Virus record (IMG/VR): IMGVR_UViG_3300042006_000037
DNA: 64,000 nt
Source: a virus
Taxonomy: Duplodnaviria; Heunggongvirae; Uroviricota; Caudoviricetes
Reading direction: 5' to 3' (one strand)
The position numbers were made by a program, and so were the translations under genes. Under the pieces are notes generated by a model, which saw only the letters and a list, made by a program, of their open reading frames with translations, did not search any database and was not told the DNA's origin. Below, one piece after another: positions 44,334 through 53,621 of this stretch. The first letter of the stretch is position 1. The number at the start of each line of letters is the position of its first letter.

Positions 44334-44510
44334 ATGAAAGTGTATTTGGTTGAGAATATTGAAACTGGCGAACGTCGTCGTGTTTACGGTAAAGGAACTC
44401 GTGTTTATGTTGCTAAACATGCTGCTGTAAACGCTCTTTATCCAACTCAGCAAGTTACTGAATATGAACTGGTCCCAACTGGTGTACGGTTTACAAAGGA
44501 CAGTGTGTAA
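44334..44510 (+). CDS. hypothetical protein, 58 aa (not in ORF track)
   Basis: Translates MKVYLVENIETGERRRVYGKGTRVYVAKHAAVNALYPTQQVTEYELVPTGVRFTKDSV. TAATG overlap with the next gene. Confidence 0.4.
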   Translation: MKVYLVENIETGERRRVYGKGTRVYVAKHAAVNALYPTQQVTEYELVPTGVRFTKDSV

Positions 44511-44830
44511 TGGGTGCCTCTTATGATTCAATGACTTATGTGGGAATCTATGCAGGTGAAACCAAAGACGATGCTGAGCAATACCTGATCGCAAAAGGTT
44601 TGTTGAAAGCCGGTGAACTTGAAGTTGTCTATGGTGATGACATTCAAGCAATGTCCAACCGAGGTTTCCCATTGAATGTCCAATGTGAGAACTATTGGTC
44701 TGGTGAAGGTTGGTATGTTGGGTTTGAAACTCATCCATCTAGTTACAAAGACTTTGATGGTCTGATTGCAGAGTTCAAACGATTGACAGGTGATGATGCT
44801 GAAGTACTTACCTTTGAACAAGTTAGCTAA
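44510..44830 (+). CDS. hypothetical protein, 106 aa
   Basis: ORF-track ORF. Confidence 0.45.
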   Translation: MGASYDSMTYVGIYAGETKDDAEQYLIAKGLLKAGELEVVYGDDIQAMSNRGFPLNVQCENYWSGEGWYVGFETHPSSYKDFDGLIAEFKRLTGDDAEVLTFEQVS

Positions 44831-44840
44831 GGAGAAAGAC

Positions 44841-45011
44841 ATGAGTTATGTATTTGAAGTTGTAGAAGATGGTGTTATTCCTGAGTGGTTGCAATCAGCA
44901 TATGAAGATGGTGAGACGATTCAAATGCTCTCAAGTATTGGTTGGCTTACGTTGGATGCTGAAGACGGTATTGGCTTCCATAACGGTCTAACTTATCGGG
45001 TGCGTCCATAA
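44841..45011 (+). CDS. hypothetical protein, 56 aa
   Basis: ATG at M18 of listed ORF 44790..45011. SD aaggagaaag. Confidence 0.4.
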   Translation: MSYVFEVVEDGVIPEWLQSAYEDGETIQMLSSIGWLTLDAEDGIGFHNGLTYRVRP

Positions 45012-45190
45012 TGTTTACAGTCTGGTGTGAATGGGATATTGGGATTGAAGGTAAAGTGTTCGCCACTCGTGAAGTTGCTATTAAACATGCGAATATGAAT
45101 CTTGAGGCATGTGGGATTGATGAGAATTACGACCAGCTACGTGAAGAGCGATTGATTGGTTTGAGTAATGTGGAGATTTACTATGAGTGA
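45011..45190 (+). CDS. hypothetical protein, 59 aa (not in ORF track)
   Basis: TAATG overlap. Translates MFTVWCEWDIGIEGKVFATREVAIKHANMNLEACGIDENYDQLREERLIGLSNVEIYYE. Confidence 0.4.
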   Translation: MFTVWCEWDIGIEGKVFATREVAIKHANMNLEACGIDENYDQLREERLIGLSNVEIYYE

Positions 45191-46190
45191 AGTTCCAACA
45201 CATGCTGTAGTTGACCTTGATGCCTTCAAATATGCGGCGGCTTACGTTGGTGAAAAGAAGTCCATTCGTGCAACTTTGAAAGGTGATACGAGTGTTACAT
45301 TCGAAGCAAAGAGTCGAACTGCATTCTGGGGGCACTGGAAGAAACGAGCCGCTGGTATTCTTGCAGAAGAAAATAAGAAACGGGAAAGTCCGTGGTTGCC
45401 TGACGAATTTGACATCGAAGACATCTCAACTCCTGAGCCAATTCAGAACGTTCTACATACCGCTAAAGTTATGGTGGACGATGTAATTGCTCAGTCTGGT
45501 GCAAAGACATATGAGATGTACATGGGTAAAGGTGATAGTCAACGTGTTGAATGGTCTACGTTGTTGAAGTACAAAGGTAACCGTGATGATGTTGTTAAAC
45601 CTTTCCATCTCGATGAAGTGAGTAACTATCTTGAGCGTCGTTATAAGGCTGAAATCATTACTGATCGTGAAGCTGACGACATGTGTGTCATTCGGGCATA
45701 CAAGCAAGCCAATCATTTTGTGATTGGTGAGGATAAGGATTATTGGGGATCACCAGTTAACTACTATGATATCAACCGTACACATCGTGGTATCGTGAAC
45801 TGTGACAAGCTTGGTATGTTGTTCAAGGATGACAAGAAGATTGTCCGTGGTGAAGGTCGTATGCATCTCTACTATCAAATCATTAGCCAAGACGATGTAG
45901 ATAATTACAAAGCAAACTGCTTCAGTGATATTGAATGGGGAAGTGTTAGTGCATTCAACACCTTGGTTGATTGTAAGACAGACAAAGAATGCTTTGAAGC
46001 TATGGTGCATACATTCAAACACCTGTATCCAGAACCAAAGGTTGTTACTGGTTGGCGTGGTGATGAGATTGAAATTGACTGGCTTTATGTCTTCCAAGAG
46101 ATGTTCGACATGGCTAAGATGCAACGAACGCTTACAGAAGAACGAACGGTTATTAAAGACGTACTTGATAAAATGGGAGTTAAATACTGA
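45183..46190 (+). CDS. 5'-3' exonuclease, T7 gene 6-like (FEN/PIN-like), 335 aa
   Basis: By-eye similarity to T7 gp6: VVDLDAF versus LVMDGDW, VIGEDKDYWG versus IISCDKDFKT, and QDDVDNYKAN..IEWGSVSAF versus KGDITDGYSGIAGWGDTAE. Confidence 0.55.
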   Translation: MSEVPTHAVVDLDAFKYAAAYVGEKKSIRATLKGDTSVTFEAKSRTAFWGHWKKRAAGILAEENKKRESPWLPDEFDIEDISTPEPIQNVLHTAKVMVDDVIAQSGAKTYEMYMGKGDSQRVEWSTLLKYKGNRDDVVKPFHLDEVSNYLERRYKAEIITDREADDMCVIRAYKQANHFVIGEDKDYWGSPVNYYDINRTHRGIVNCDKLGMLFKDDKKIVRGEGRMHLYYQIISQDDVDNYKANCFSDIEWGSVSAFNTLVDCKTDKECFEAMVHTFKHLYPEPKVVTGWRGDEIEIDWLYVFQEMFDMAKMQRTLTEERTVIKDVLDKMGVKY

Positions 46191-46528
46191 TGAAAAAGAT
46201 TAGTGAAGCCGTACTGCTTGAATACGTTGGTGAAGTTGGTGAGTTTGAAAAAGAGCATCGTAAATACAGTTCATTCTATTGCAATTTGAACCACACAATC
46301 ACCCAAGCTGATGTTGATGAACTGGCTACTGATGGTATTGATGCAAGTGCCTTCCTGAATGTCTGTATTGAGCGGCATGGTACTTGGGATGATAGTTGGG
46401 GCACTGATTGGGGTGATACAACATACACGCTCACAGAGCCATATGAAGAGCTTGTACCTGAAGTTGTAATCCCTGCTCATACTGTAACCAAGTATCGTAC
46501 AAAACCATTCACACCGGAGTTTGAATAA
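46190..46528 (+). CDS. hypothetical acidic protein, 112 aa
   Basis: ORF-track ORF with ATGA overlap. Confidence 0.45.
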   Translation: MKKISEAVLLEYVGEVGEFEKEHRKYSSFYCNLNHTITQADVDELATDGIDASAFLNVCIERHGTWDDSWGTDWGDTTYTLTEPYEELVPEVVIPAHTVTKYRTKPFTPEFE

Positions 46529-46755
46529 TGAGTAAGAAAGTTTATGGTTATGTGATTCTACATAATGAAACAAAAGAACGGTTCCCAACCAATCGTTCAA
46601 GTTATGATTCTAAAGAAGCGGATGCTGGTGGATTTAACCGTGTTACTGACTATGGTTATTTCTCACACGATGCACGGTTCGGTCATTTGAGTAGGGTGAA
46701 GTTCAAGGATCAAACTGAGTATGGTGTTTATCCACTAGTTGCTTATTATGACTAA
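46528..46755 (+). CDS. hypothetical protein, 75 aa
   Basis: ORF-track ORF. Confidence 0.45.
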   Translation: MSKKVYGYVILHNETKERFPTNRSSYDSKEADAGGFNRVTDYGYFSHDARFGHLSRVKFKDQTEYGVYPLVAYYD

Positions 46756-47308
46756 CACTATCAAAATGTGGGAGGAATACCCTGAATTCTGGAAGACAGA
46801 GAGTGCTTTCCTTTCGTTTATTCGTGGTGGCATTCGTCGCCACCTTTGGTCAAAGAATCCGGTCAAACTTCAGTTCATGAAAGAGAATCGTGTTAAGATG
46901 GTCAACACCAATCCTCGGAGTATGAAAGCTCATCCAACTGTTTGGGGATTCAAATGCGAGCAATGTCTGAAGACTTTTGCTGGTGGTAATTGTGAAGTTG
47001 ACCACAAGACAGGCGAGCATTCGTTGAAGACTGTCACCGACATCCAGAAGTTTGTTGAAGGTGTGGTGTTTGTCAGGAAAGAAGACCTTGCGTTGTTGTG
47101 CAAACCATGCCACAAGGTCAAAACTCACGCTGAACGATACGGATTGTCAATTCATGAAGCAATGGCTCAGAAGCAAGCTATTGAAAAGAATAAAGAATCT
47201 GTCAAAAACGTGGTTGCTTTCCTCACCGAACACGGATACAATGCCGCCAGCACAAAAGATAAACGTCGTGAACAACTTGTTGATCATTTTATGAAGGGGA
47301 ATGTATGA
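46739..47308 (+). CDS. HNH endonuclease, 189 aa
   Basis: CEQC..C.EVDHK..H...LLCKPCHKVKTH matches the zinc-bound HNH signature. Confidence 0.6.
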   Translation: MLIMTNTIKMWEEYPEFWKTESAFLSFIRGGIRRHLWSKNPVKLQFMKENRVKMVNTNPRSMKAHPTVWGFKCEQCLKTFAGGNCEVDHKTGEHSLKTVTDIQKFVEGVVFVRKEDLALLCKPCHKVKTHAERYGLSIHEAMAQKQAIEKNKESVKNVVAFLTEHGYNAASTKDKRREQLVDHFMKGNV

Positions 47309-47487
47309 CTATTAAAGTAAGAGTAATCAAGCTTGACGAACATCAACCGGGCGATCAAGGATTCACAGTTGGTAAAATGTATGATGCTTGGGGTTTGACC
47401 GATGGTCTTGCTGTTGATGTGAGAGACGACAACGATGAACTTTCCGCATTGTTTGAGGGTGAATGGGAGCGTGTAGATGTTGAATGA
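47305..47487 (+). CDS. hypothetical protein, 60 aa
   Basis: ORF-track ORF. Confidence 0.4.
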   Translation: MTIKVRVIKLDEHQPGDQGFTVGKMYDAWGLTDGLAVDVRDDNDELSALFEGEWERVDVE

Positions 47488-47695
47488 CATTCGAATTGTT
47501 TCCATTCATCAAGCTGGTTTAGAGTTGTTCCAAGTATGTCGTGTTCTTTACAAAGAGAATGGTGATGTCAACTACTCGGAGAATCCTTACTCATCATATG
47601 AAACGCTTGAGGAAGCGTATGCATTCCTTGACCAGATGTACAAAGCAAGCTTGAAACCTGTGTTAGTTGTTCAGCCTGATGGGAGTTATGAATAA
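47477..47695 (+). CDS. hypothetical protein, 72 aa
   Basis: ORF-track ORF. Confidence 0.4.
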   Translation: MLNDIRIVSIHQAGLELFQVCRVLYKENGDVNYSENPYSSYETLEEAYAFLDQMYKASLKPVLVVQPDGSYE

Positions 47696-47817
47696 TGGGT
47701 AAAATCGCCAACGTGGTCGTGCAAATTGATAACGACATCTTGAAGCAACTTCTGGATAAGATCAGTAAACTTGAAAAACGAGTTTATGACCTTGAATTTA
47801 AGGTTGGTCTTCGATGA
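47695..47817 (+). CDS. tiny coiled-coil protein, 40 aa (not in ORF track)
   Basis: TAATG overlap. Translates MGKIANVVVQIDNDILKQLLDKISKLEKRVYDLEFKVGLR. Confidence 0.3.
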   Translation: MGKIANVVVQIDNDILKQLLDKISKLEKRVYDLEFKVGLR

Positions 47818-47904
47818 ACATCCACACATTCATGTTCATGAACAATGTTGCGCTCGCTGTCCAAACAGCACTTGTATTCCAATACATCATTTAAGGAGAG
47901 TTGA

Positions 47905-48123
47905 ATGAGCTTCGCTATATATGGTGAGAGTGATGCGTATGTTCACTTGGTGTCAGCTACTTCAGAATCTGAAGCAATCGCTTTGTTGTTAGAGGATGTA
48001 CATTCTGTTGGTGTTGAGTTGAAGAATGTGTTCAACGTATATGCAACAGAGGGTCGTGAAGAGTGTAAAGTTCTTGAAGATTATGTTGAGAAACTAATTG
48101 AGAGTGCAAAGAATGACCAATGA
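47905..48123 (+). CDS. hypothetical acidic protein, 72 aa
   Basis: ORF-track ORF. SD aaggagag. Confidence 0.45.
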   Translation: MSFAIYGESDAYVHLVSATSESEAIALLLEDVHSVGVELKNVFNVYATEGREECKVLEDYVEKLIESAKNDQ

Positions 48124-48274
48124 TAAACGAGAAGCATTGCTTGATTGTATTTCAAATCTAAAAAGTGCAATGGATTCACTTGATATCTGTGATGACCAAG
48201 ATGATGATTTTATCATTGCCACTCACTGGGGAATCAAAGACGTAATTACTGATATTGAAATCGAACTGGAATAA
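48113..48274 (+). CDS. hypothetical acidic protein, 53 aa (not in ORF track)
   Basis: Overlapping start. Translates MTNDKREALLDCISNLKSAMDSLDICDDQDDDFIIATHWGIKDVITDIEIELE. Confidence 0.35.
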   Translation: MTNDKREALLDCISNLKSAMDSLDICDDQDDDFIIATHWGIKDVITDIEIELE

Positions 48275-48285
48275 TTGGAGGTTGA

Positions 48286-49212
48286 ATGATTCATCAAATT
48301 AAAGAGTGGCACACAGCAGCGTTAGAGCTTCGTGGTTATGGTATGAGCAGTCGTAAGATTGCACAGAGCTTAGATATTGGTAAGAGTACAGTGAATGACT
48401 TCTTTACCAAGTACGATGCGCAATTGATTGTACCATCTAAGCTGAAAGGTGGCCCACGTATCCTGATTTATGATATTGAAACCGCTCCAATCCTTGCTCA
48501 TGTTTGGAAGTTGTGGGATAATAATGTCGGTCTAAACCAAATTGATTCTGATTGGTACATTATGTCTGTCGCAGCTAAATGGCTGGGTGAAGATGAAGTA
48601 TTCTATTGGGATCAGAAAGATGTATACCCGATGGAAGACGACACGTATTTGCTTTCTAAGTTGTGGTCATTGTTGAACGAAGCAGACATTGTGATTGGTC
48701 AGAACGTTAAGCGATTCGACACAAAGAAGGTGAATGCTCGCTTTGTACTCAATGGTTTCCCTAAACCAAGCACCTATCGTCAAATTGATACAATGATTAT
48801 TGCCAAAGAGCAATTTGGCTTCACTTCTAATAAACTGGAATACATGACTGACAAGTTGTGTCCAGAACATAAGAAGAGTAAGCACAAAGAGTTCCCCGGT
48901 CATGAACTGTGGGCCGAATGTCTGAAAGGTAATCCACTGGCTTGGGCAGAGATGAAGGCATACAACATTGACGACATTCATGGTACTGAAGCACTTTACA
49001 ATGTCCTGTCTTCTTGGGATAGCAAGTTGCCAAACTTCGATGTCTACGTTGATGAATTACTGGATATGTCTGAGTGGGTTGAAGATGGTTTTGTTCATAC
49101 CAATTTGGCTAAGTACAAGCGTTATCGTAATGTAAACACTGGTGCACAACGTCGCTCGCGTGTTAATGAGTTGTCGAAAGAGAAACGTGGTCAACTGCTG
49201 GCTAACATCTAA
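48286..49212 (+). CDS. DEDD-family 3'-5' exonuclease with N-terminal HTH domain, 308 aa
   Basis: N-terminal helix-turn-helix-like segment (MSSRKIAQSLDIGKSTVNDF), then exonuclease motif I ILIYDIETAP and downstream acidic/His motifs. Confidence 0.5.
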   Translation: MIHQIKEWHTAALELRGYGMSSRKIAQSLDIGKSTVNDFFTKYDAQLIVPSKLKGGPRILIYDIETAPILAHVWKLWDNNVGLNQIDSDWYIMSVAAKWLGEDEVFYWDQKDVYPMEDDTYLLSKLWSLLNEADIVIGQNVKRFDTKKVNARFVLNGFPKPSTYRQIDTMIIAKEQFGFTSNKLEYMTDKLCPEHKKSKHKEFPGHELWAECLKGNPLAWAEMKAYNIDDIHGTEALYNVLSSWDSKLPNFDVYVDELLDMSEWVEDGFVHTNLAKYKRYRNVNTGAQRRSRVNELSKEKRGQLLANI

Positions 49213-49251
49213 TTGTGTTGGGGTGAAAGCCCCATTAATTCTGGAGAGAAT

Positions 49252-49425
49252 ATGATTTATTATGAAGTTGTAGAAGACGTTGGTGATGGTTATGCTGCTA
49301 GTCGTAAGTTCCGTACTCGTGAAGAGGCTGAATCGTATGCAGATGACAACGACGGTTGTATGAATGGGGTTGATCGAATTGACACTGATGCTAGTTACTT
49401 CTTTTACGATGAGGATGACGAATGA
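49252..49425 (+). CDS. hypothetical acidic protein, 57 aa
   Basis: ATG at M14 of listed ORF 49213..49425. SD ggagag. ATGA overlap with the next gene. Confidence 0.4.
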   Translation: MIYYEVVEDVGDGYAASRKFRTREEAESYADDNDGCMNGVDRIDTDASYFFYDEDDE

Positions 49426-49799
49426 TTGAGCGTAATGTAGACGCGATGGTGAAAGCCATTCGTGATTGGGAGTTGAAAGCTGGTGAGGGTTTTACTGACT
49501 ACTTCCTTGACAATTGGGCGTTCGGTAGTTGGGCTTACTGGTTGCTTGGTAAAGGTCATGCTGAGTGGGCAAACAAAATTATCAACATCAATGAAGCAAA
49601 AGGATATGTTGACCAAGAGGACAAATTTGAATTCTTCCCATCTTACGTTGAGTGTGACAAGTATGGTGAACGATGGGTTGAAGAAGAGTACATGAAGAAC
49701 GTTCGTGTATGGGCCGAGTACCTGACCGAAAGTGATCAATATTATCGTCGAGTGAATGAGTTCTTTGATAACTATTTCAAACAAGATGAGGATGAGTAA
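49422..49799 (+). CDS. hypothetical Trp-rich protein, 125 aa
   Basis: ORF-track ORF. Confidence 0.45.
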   Translation: MIERNVDAMVKAIRDWELKAGEGFTDYFLDNWAFGSWAYWLLGKGHAEWANKIININEAKGYVDQEDKFEFFPSYVECDKYGERWVEEEYMKNVRVWAEYLTESDQYYRRVNEFFDNYFKQDEDE

Positions 49800-49800
49800 T

Positions 49801-50226
49801 ATGCAAATCAAAACTAAACGACTAACACCAGAAGCAAAGCTTCCAACCTACGCAACAGACGGCAGTGGTTGCTTCGATATCTACACAACTAACTCTGGTT
49901 TGGTAGACAACTCATTTGTTTTCGATACAGGTTTGTCATTTGAAATCCCTGTTGGGTATGTGATGTTGGTATTTAGTCGGAGCGGTCATGGTTTCAAGAA
50001 TGACATTCGACTGGCTAACTGTGTTGGTATTATTGACTCGGATTACCGTGGTGAACTCAAAGTTAAACTAACCAACGACGGTGAAGACTTCTTTGTAGTT
50101 CATGTTGGTGAACGCATTGCACAAGCAATGGTCATTCCATTTGAACAAGTTCAATTCCTAGAAGTTGATGACCTTTCGGAAACAGAACGTGGTGCTGGTG
50201 GTTTCGGTAGTACAGGCGTACAGTAA
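49801..50226 (+). CDS. dut: dUTP pyrophosphatase (trimeric dUTPase), 141 aa
   Basis: dUTPase motifs ATDGSGCFDIY, GIIDSDYRGE and RGAGGFGSTG. GAGGATGAG SD before ATG 49801. Confidence 0.85.
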   Translation: MQIKTKRLTPEAKLPTYATDGSGCFDIYTTNSGLVDNSFVFDTGLSFEIPVGYVMLVFSRSGHGFKNDIRLANCVGIIDSDYRGELKVKLTNDGEDFFVVHVGERIAQAMVIPFEQVQFLEVDDLSETERGAGGFGSTGVQ

Positions 50227-50235
50227 GGAGATAAC

Positions 50236-50826
50236 ATGACGGCATTTAAAGTTGATGATAAAGTAAAAATTGTACAGGATTTCGAAACATGGTTGGGTGA
50301 TGGCATGACCAAAGATACTGTTCTGACCGTCATTGACAAACATGATGTTCCTCTTGAAAGTTGGGTAAACCCTGAAACGGATGAGATTGAAATTGAGGCA
50401 TTGAAACACTATCCTGAAGACTTCACCAAAGTTGAGGATAAGTATTTCTCAGGTGGGTTACTTGGTGAGCAGGCTGAAGAGCTTGGTGTGTACCGACCAA
50501 ACCTTGAAGATCGCAAGGTTGGTAAGATTCAGATGCACATGGTTGACGATGGTTTCCCTCGGGCATTGCGTGCCGTTGCTGAAGTAATGACTTGGGCAGC
50601 CGATGCTAAAGGATACAAGTTGCATGACTGGCGTAACTTACCAAATGCTGACGTTGCACTTCCATCGGCTGCATATCGTCATCGTAACGACAACAGCGTA
50701 CAGAAGGCAGAAGGGTTTGTCGCAACTGCTCGTACTGACCATGAGAGTAAGTTGCTTCACAAGGCTCATGAGGCGTTTAACACACTAGCTGAACTAGAAC
50801 TCATCCTGACAGGAGTAATTAAATGA
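50236..50826 (+). CDS. hypothetical protein (possible nucleotide-metabolism enzyme), 196 aa
   Basis: ORF-track ORF with SD aaggag. Sits between dUTPase and the ThyX-like gene. Confidence 0.45.
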   Translation: MTAFKVDDKVKIVQDFETWLGDGMTKDTVLTVIDKHDVPLESWVNPETDEIEIEALKHYPEDFTKVEDKYFSGGLLGEQAEELGVYRPNLEDRKVGKIQMHMVDDGFPRALRAVAEVMTWAADAKGYKLHDWRNLPNADVALPSAAYRHRNDNSVQKAEGFVATARTDHESKLLHKAHEAFNTLAELELILTGVIK

Positions 50827-51074
50827 TCGTACAAGCTACCCAACGTAAAACAATCGATGTTGAAATTGATCCAGTAAGTGTCATCCACGACATGGAAGAG
50901 AGCTGGAAAGTGATGTGTCGTCTTCCAATTGACGCAGAACTTCGTGCTGGTTACTGGACTCAGGGTGGTAGCGGATTTGCTGAATCAACCCGTCTTCGAA
51001 TTGCAACACAACGAGAAATGTTGATTTATAACGCATTTGAAACAATGCGAGAAGTTGCAAACTACTTCGAATAG
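50823..51074 (+). CDS. hypothetical protein, 83 aa
   Basis: ORF-track ORF with ATGA overlap. Confidence 0.45.
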   Translation: MIVQATQRKTIDVEIDPVSVIHDMEESWKVMCRLPIDAELRAGYWTQGGSGFAESTRLRIATQREMLIYNAFETMREVANYFE

Positions 51075-51087
51075 TTTGTATTAGGTA

Positions 51088-51116
51088 TTGCAATATTGGG
51101 TTGATTCCAGTATAAT
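51088..51116 (+). promoter_or_regulatory. sigma70 promoter (TTGCAA-17-TATAAT)
   Basis: ttgcaatattgggttgattccagtataat. Confidence 0.55.
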
Positions 51117-51147
51117 GGTCAACCCAGTCATATGAAAGGAGAGAAGA

Positions 51148-52170
51148 GTGTTTTTTGATCAAACTAAAGCAACAGTAATCGCACACAGTAAAAGCGCAGT
51201 AACCGGTAAGGAAATCATCACCTTTGAACTAGAGTTTCCCCGCCCCATATTAGCCGAATTTAACACTCACAACGCTCTTTCCAAGAATGCTAGCTCATCT
51301 CGTGCTATTCCAGTACCAACCATGCTGAAGCAAGTACGTGAGACTCCTGCTTACCTTGCACGATATGGTGCCGCTAACACGGGTATGCAGGATAATGGTG
51401 CACACAACGATCTTATTTACTTCAATGAAAGTGATGAGGATGGCAACCAAATTGTACTTGGTCCACACGAAGCATGGGCACACATTGCAAATAAATATGC
51501 CGAATATGCTCAACTGTTTCACAGTGCTGGATATGCCAAGCAAGTTTGCAATCGTCTGATTGAACCATTCCAGATGATGAAAGTTGTAATGACTGCAACT
51601 GAGTTGAACAACTTCAAATGGCTACGTCGTCATGATGCTGCTGATCCAACGATTGACTCACTGTGTCAGAAAGTAATTGCAGCACAAGAAGCAAGTGTTC
51701 CAGTTGTTCTGCAATCTGGTGAATGGCATGTCCCTTACTACAATGAGGGGTATTGGATTCCGTCGTCAACTGCTCGCACTACAGACGGTCCAGTTGTTGT
51801 AGATAAGTTCGGTCATAGTCTTGAACATGCATTGATTATCAGTAGCTCGTGTTCTGCTCAAGTATCGTATCGAAAGCTGGATGACACAATTGAGAAAGCT
51901 CGTGGTGTTGTTGCACGATTGAATCTGCAAGGTGAAGAACCTGATCAACCGGTTCATGCAAGTCCGTTGGAACATCAGGCTACGCCAATTGCCGAATACA
52001 AATATCAACATGGTTTTGCACAAGACTTTGAGGTAAACGCTCCCGGTTTCCCACACACTTGGGAAGAAGGTATTACACATATGGATCGTGACGGTACATT
52101 GTGTTCTGGTAATCTGAAAGGATTCATTCAACATCGCCAACTAGTACCAAACCACGTTAAGAAGGGGTAA
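51148..52170 (+). CDS. ThyX-fold (flavin-dependent thymidylate synthase-like) protein with divergent active-site motif, 340 aa (GTG start)
   Basis: AAGGAG 7 nt before the GTG. Region PRPILAEFNTHNALSKNASSSRAIP aligns by eye to the ThyX [12 protein letters not shown]-x7-S block, but RHR is replaced by THN. The NNFKWLRRHDAADP..AAQ block resembles ThyX NFLRLRLDSHAQ. Confidence 0.45.
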   Translation: MFFDQTKATVIAHSKSAVTGKEIITFELEFPRPILAEFNTHNALSKNASSSRAIPVPTMLKQVRETPAYLARYGAANTGMQDNGAHNDLIYFNESDEDGNQIVLGPHEAWAHIANKYAEYAQLFHSAGYAKQVCNRLIEPFQMMKVVMTATELNNFKWLRRHDAADPTIDSLCQKVIAAQEASVPVVLQSGEWHVPYYNEGYWIPSSTARTTDGPVVVDKFGHSLEHALIISSSCSAQVSYRKLDDTIEKARGVVARLNLQGEEPDQPVHASPLEHQATPIAEYKYQHGFAQDFEVNAPGFPHTWEEGITHMDRDGTLCSGNLKGFIQHRQLVPNHVKKG

Positions 52171-52173
52171 TTT

Positions 52174-52617
52174 ATGTCTGAATTAGCAGTAGAGAAGTTT
52201 GACCAACCACATGACTTCGATCAATATCTTGGTCAGTTGGATATGGAGCTTCATCCACTATGGGAGAAGGCATGGATTGGACAAGACAAAGAAGCATTTG
52301 AAACAATCTTGCATGATATGGGTGCGGACTTAGCACATGGTTATGACTTCCGAGTTTGTCTACATCGGGCTCGTACTTCCAACAAGGTTGAATATGGTGT
52401 CCGTGTAGGCTTCCGTGAGCGTACTGACAAGTGGTGGGTTGATAACATGATGGCTACCTCAGATATTGTGCGAAACACCCACAATAGCCTGAGAGCGACT
52501 GGTATGCGTCAATGCCTGAATGAAGATTCCGCATTGAATGAAGTAATGATGGATCAGGCAGCTAAATATGCTGTCGTCGTAGATATTAAATGTAGCGAAA
52601 AGGAATCAGAAGTATGA
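52174..52617 (+). CDS. hypothetical protein, 147 aa
   Basis: ORF-track ORF between the ThyX-like and nrdB genes. Confidence 0.45.
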   Translation: MSELAVEKFDQPHDFDQYLGQLDMELHPLWEKAWIGQDKEAFETILHDMGADLAHGYDFRVCLHRARTSNKVEYGVRVGFRERTDKWWVDNMMATSDIVRNTHNSLRATGMRQCLNEDSALNEVMMDQAAKYAVVVDIKCSEKESEV

Positions 52618-53621
52618 AGTATCTGAGTCAAATTGAAACACCAACCGATTCATATGTAGCTCATTATCCTTGGGCTACTCAGATGGCAATCCAGCAACAA
52701 TCATTGTTCTGGCCCGCTGAAGAACTGGGTGTAGAGGATGATGAACAAGACTTTCGAACCAACCTGACGGAAGGTGAACTTCACGGTATTCTGACAGCAC
52801 AATCGATTCTAACTCAATATGAGTTGATGATTGGTGGTGATGAACTGTGGGGTGGTAAGATTGCAAAGTTGTTCCCCCGTCCTGAGATTCAACGTATGGC
52901 TGCTTGTTTTGCTAACGTAGAACTTGGTTCACATGCACCTTTCTACGATCTTGGTAACAAGGTTTTGGGTAAGGCAACTGATGAGTTTTACACTCAGTGG
53001 AAACTTGATCCAATCCTTGCCGAGCGTATGGCGTTCATCAGTGAATGTGCAAGTAGCAATGATGCATTGGAAGTTACTGCTGCACTTGCGTTCTTGGAAG
53101 GTGCTATTCTGTTTTCCATCTTTGGTTACTTCAAAGGCTTTAACAGTCGTGGTTACAATCTGATTCCACACTTTGTTAGTGGTATTGATGGTAGTACTAA
53201 AGATGAAAACTTCCATTCCATTGCATCGGCTAACTTGTTCAAACAATGTAAAGCTGAACGTAAAGAAATGGGTAATCATAGTACACGTCGTGACAATATT
53301 CTGAATACAAAGATCGACAAGATCACAATGGATGTTTACAACCATGAGTTGTTGATTATTCGTAAGATGTTTGAGGTTGGAAACAACCGTGTAGTTAAAG
53401 AACAAGAGTGTGTTGAATTCCTTGAGGATCGATTGGATGTTGTACGTAATCGTCTTGGTCGTCCACCAATGTTTTCACGCCCAAAGCAAGGTGTAATTAG
53501 TGGTTGGTTCTATCAGCAATTGTCTACCGTAAAGATTCCAGACTTCTTTGCAGCTACACAACTCCAGTACACACGTAATTGGTCGAAACCTAAGCTTGGA
53601 TTTAAAAGGGAGTTGGTTTAA
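52614..53621 (+). CDS. nrdB: ribonucleotide reductase class I small (beta) subunit, 335 aa
   Basis: ALAFLEGAILFSIFGYF and GIDGSTKDENFHS match the NrdB diiron/radical-site helices (LEGIxFYSGF, RDEALH). Confidence 0.75.
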   Translation: MKYLSQIETPTDSYVAHYPWATQMAIQQQSLFWPAEELGVEDDEQDFRTNLTEGELHGILTAQSILTQYELMIGGDELWGGKIAKLFPRPEIQRMAACFANVELGSHAPFYDLGNKVLGKATDEFYTQWKLDPILAERMAFISECASSNDALEVTAALAFLEGAILFSIFGYFKGFNSRGYNLIPHFVSGIDGSTKDENFHSIASANLFKQCKAERKEMGNHSTRRDNILNTKIDKITMDVYNHELLIIRKMFEVGNNRVVKEQECVEFLEDRLDVVRNRLGRPPMFSRPKQGVISGWFYQQLSTVKIPDFFAATQLQYTRNWSKPKLGFKRELV

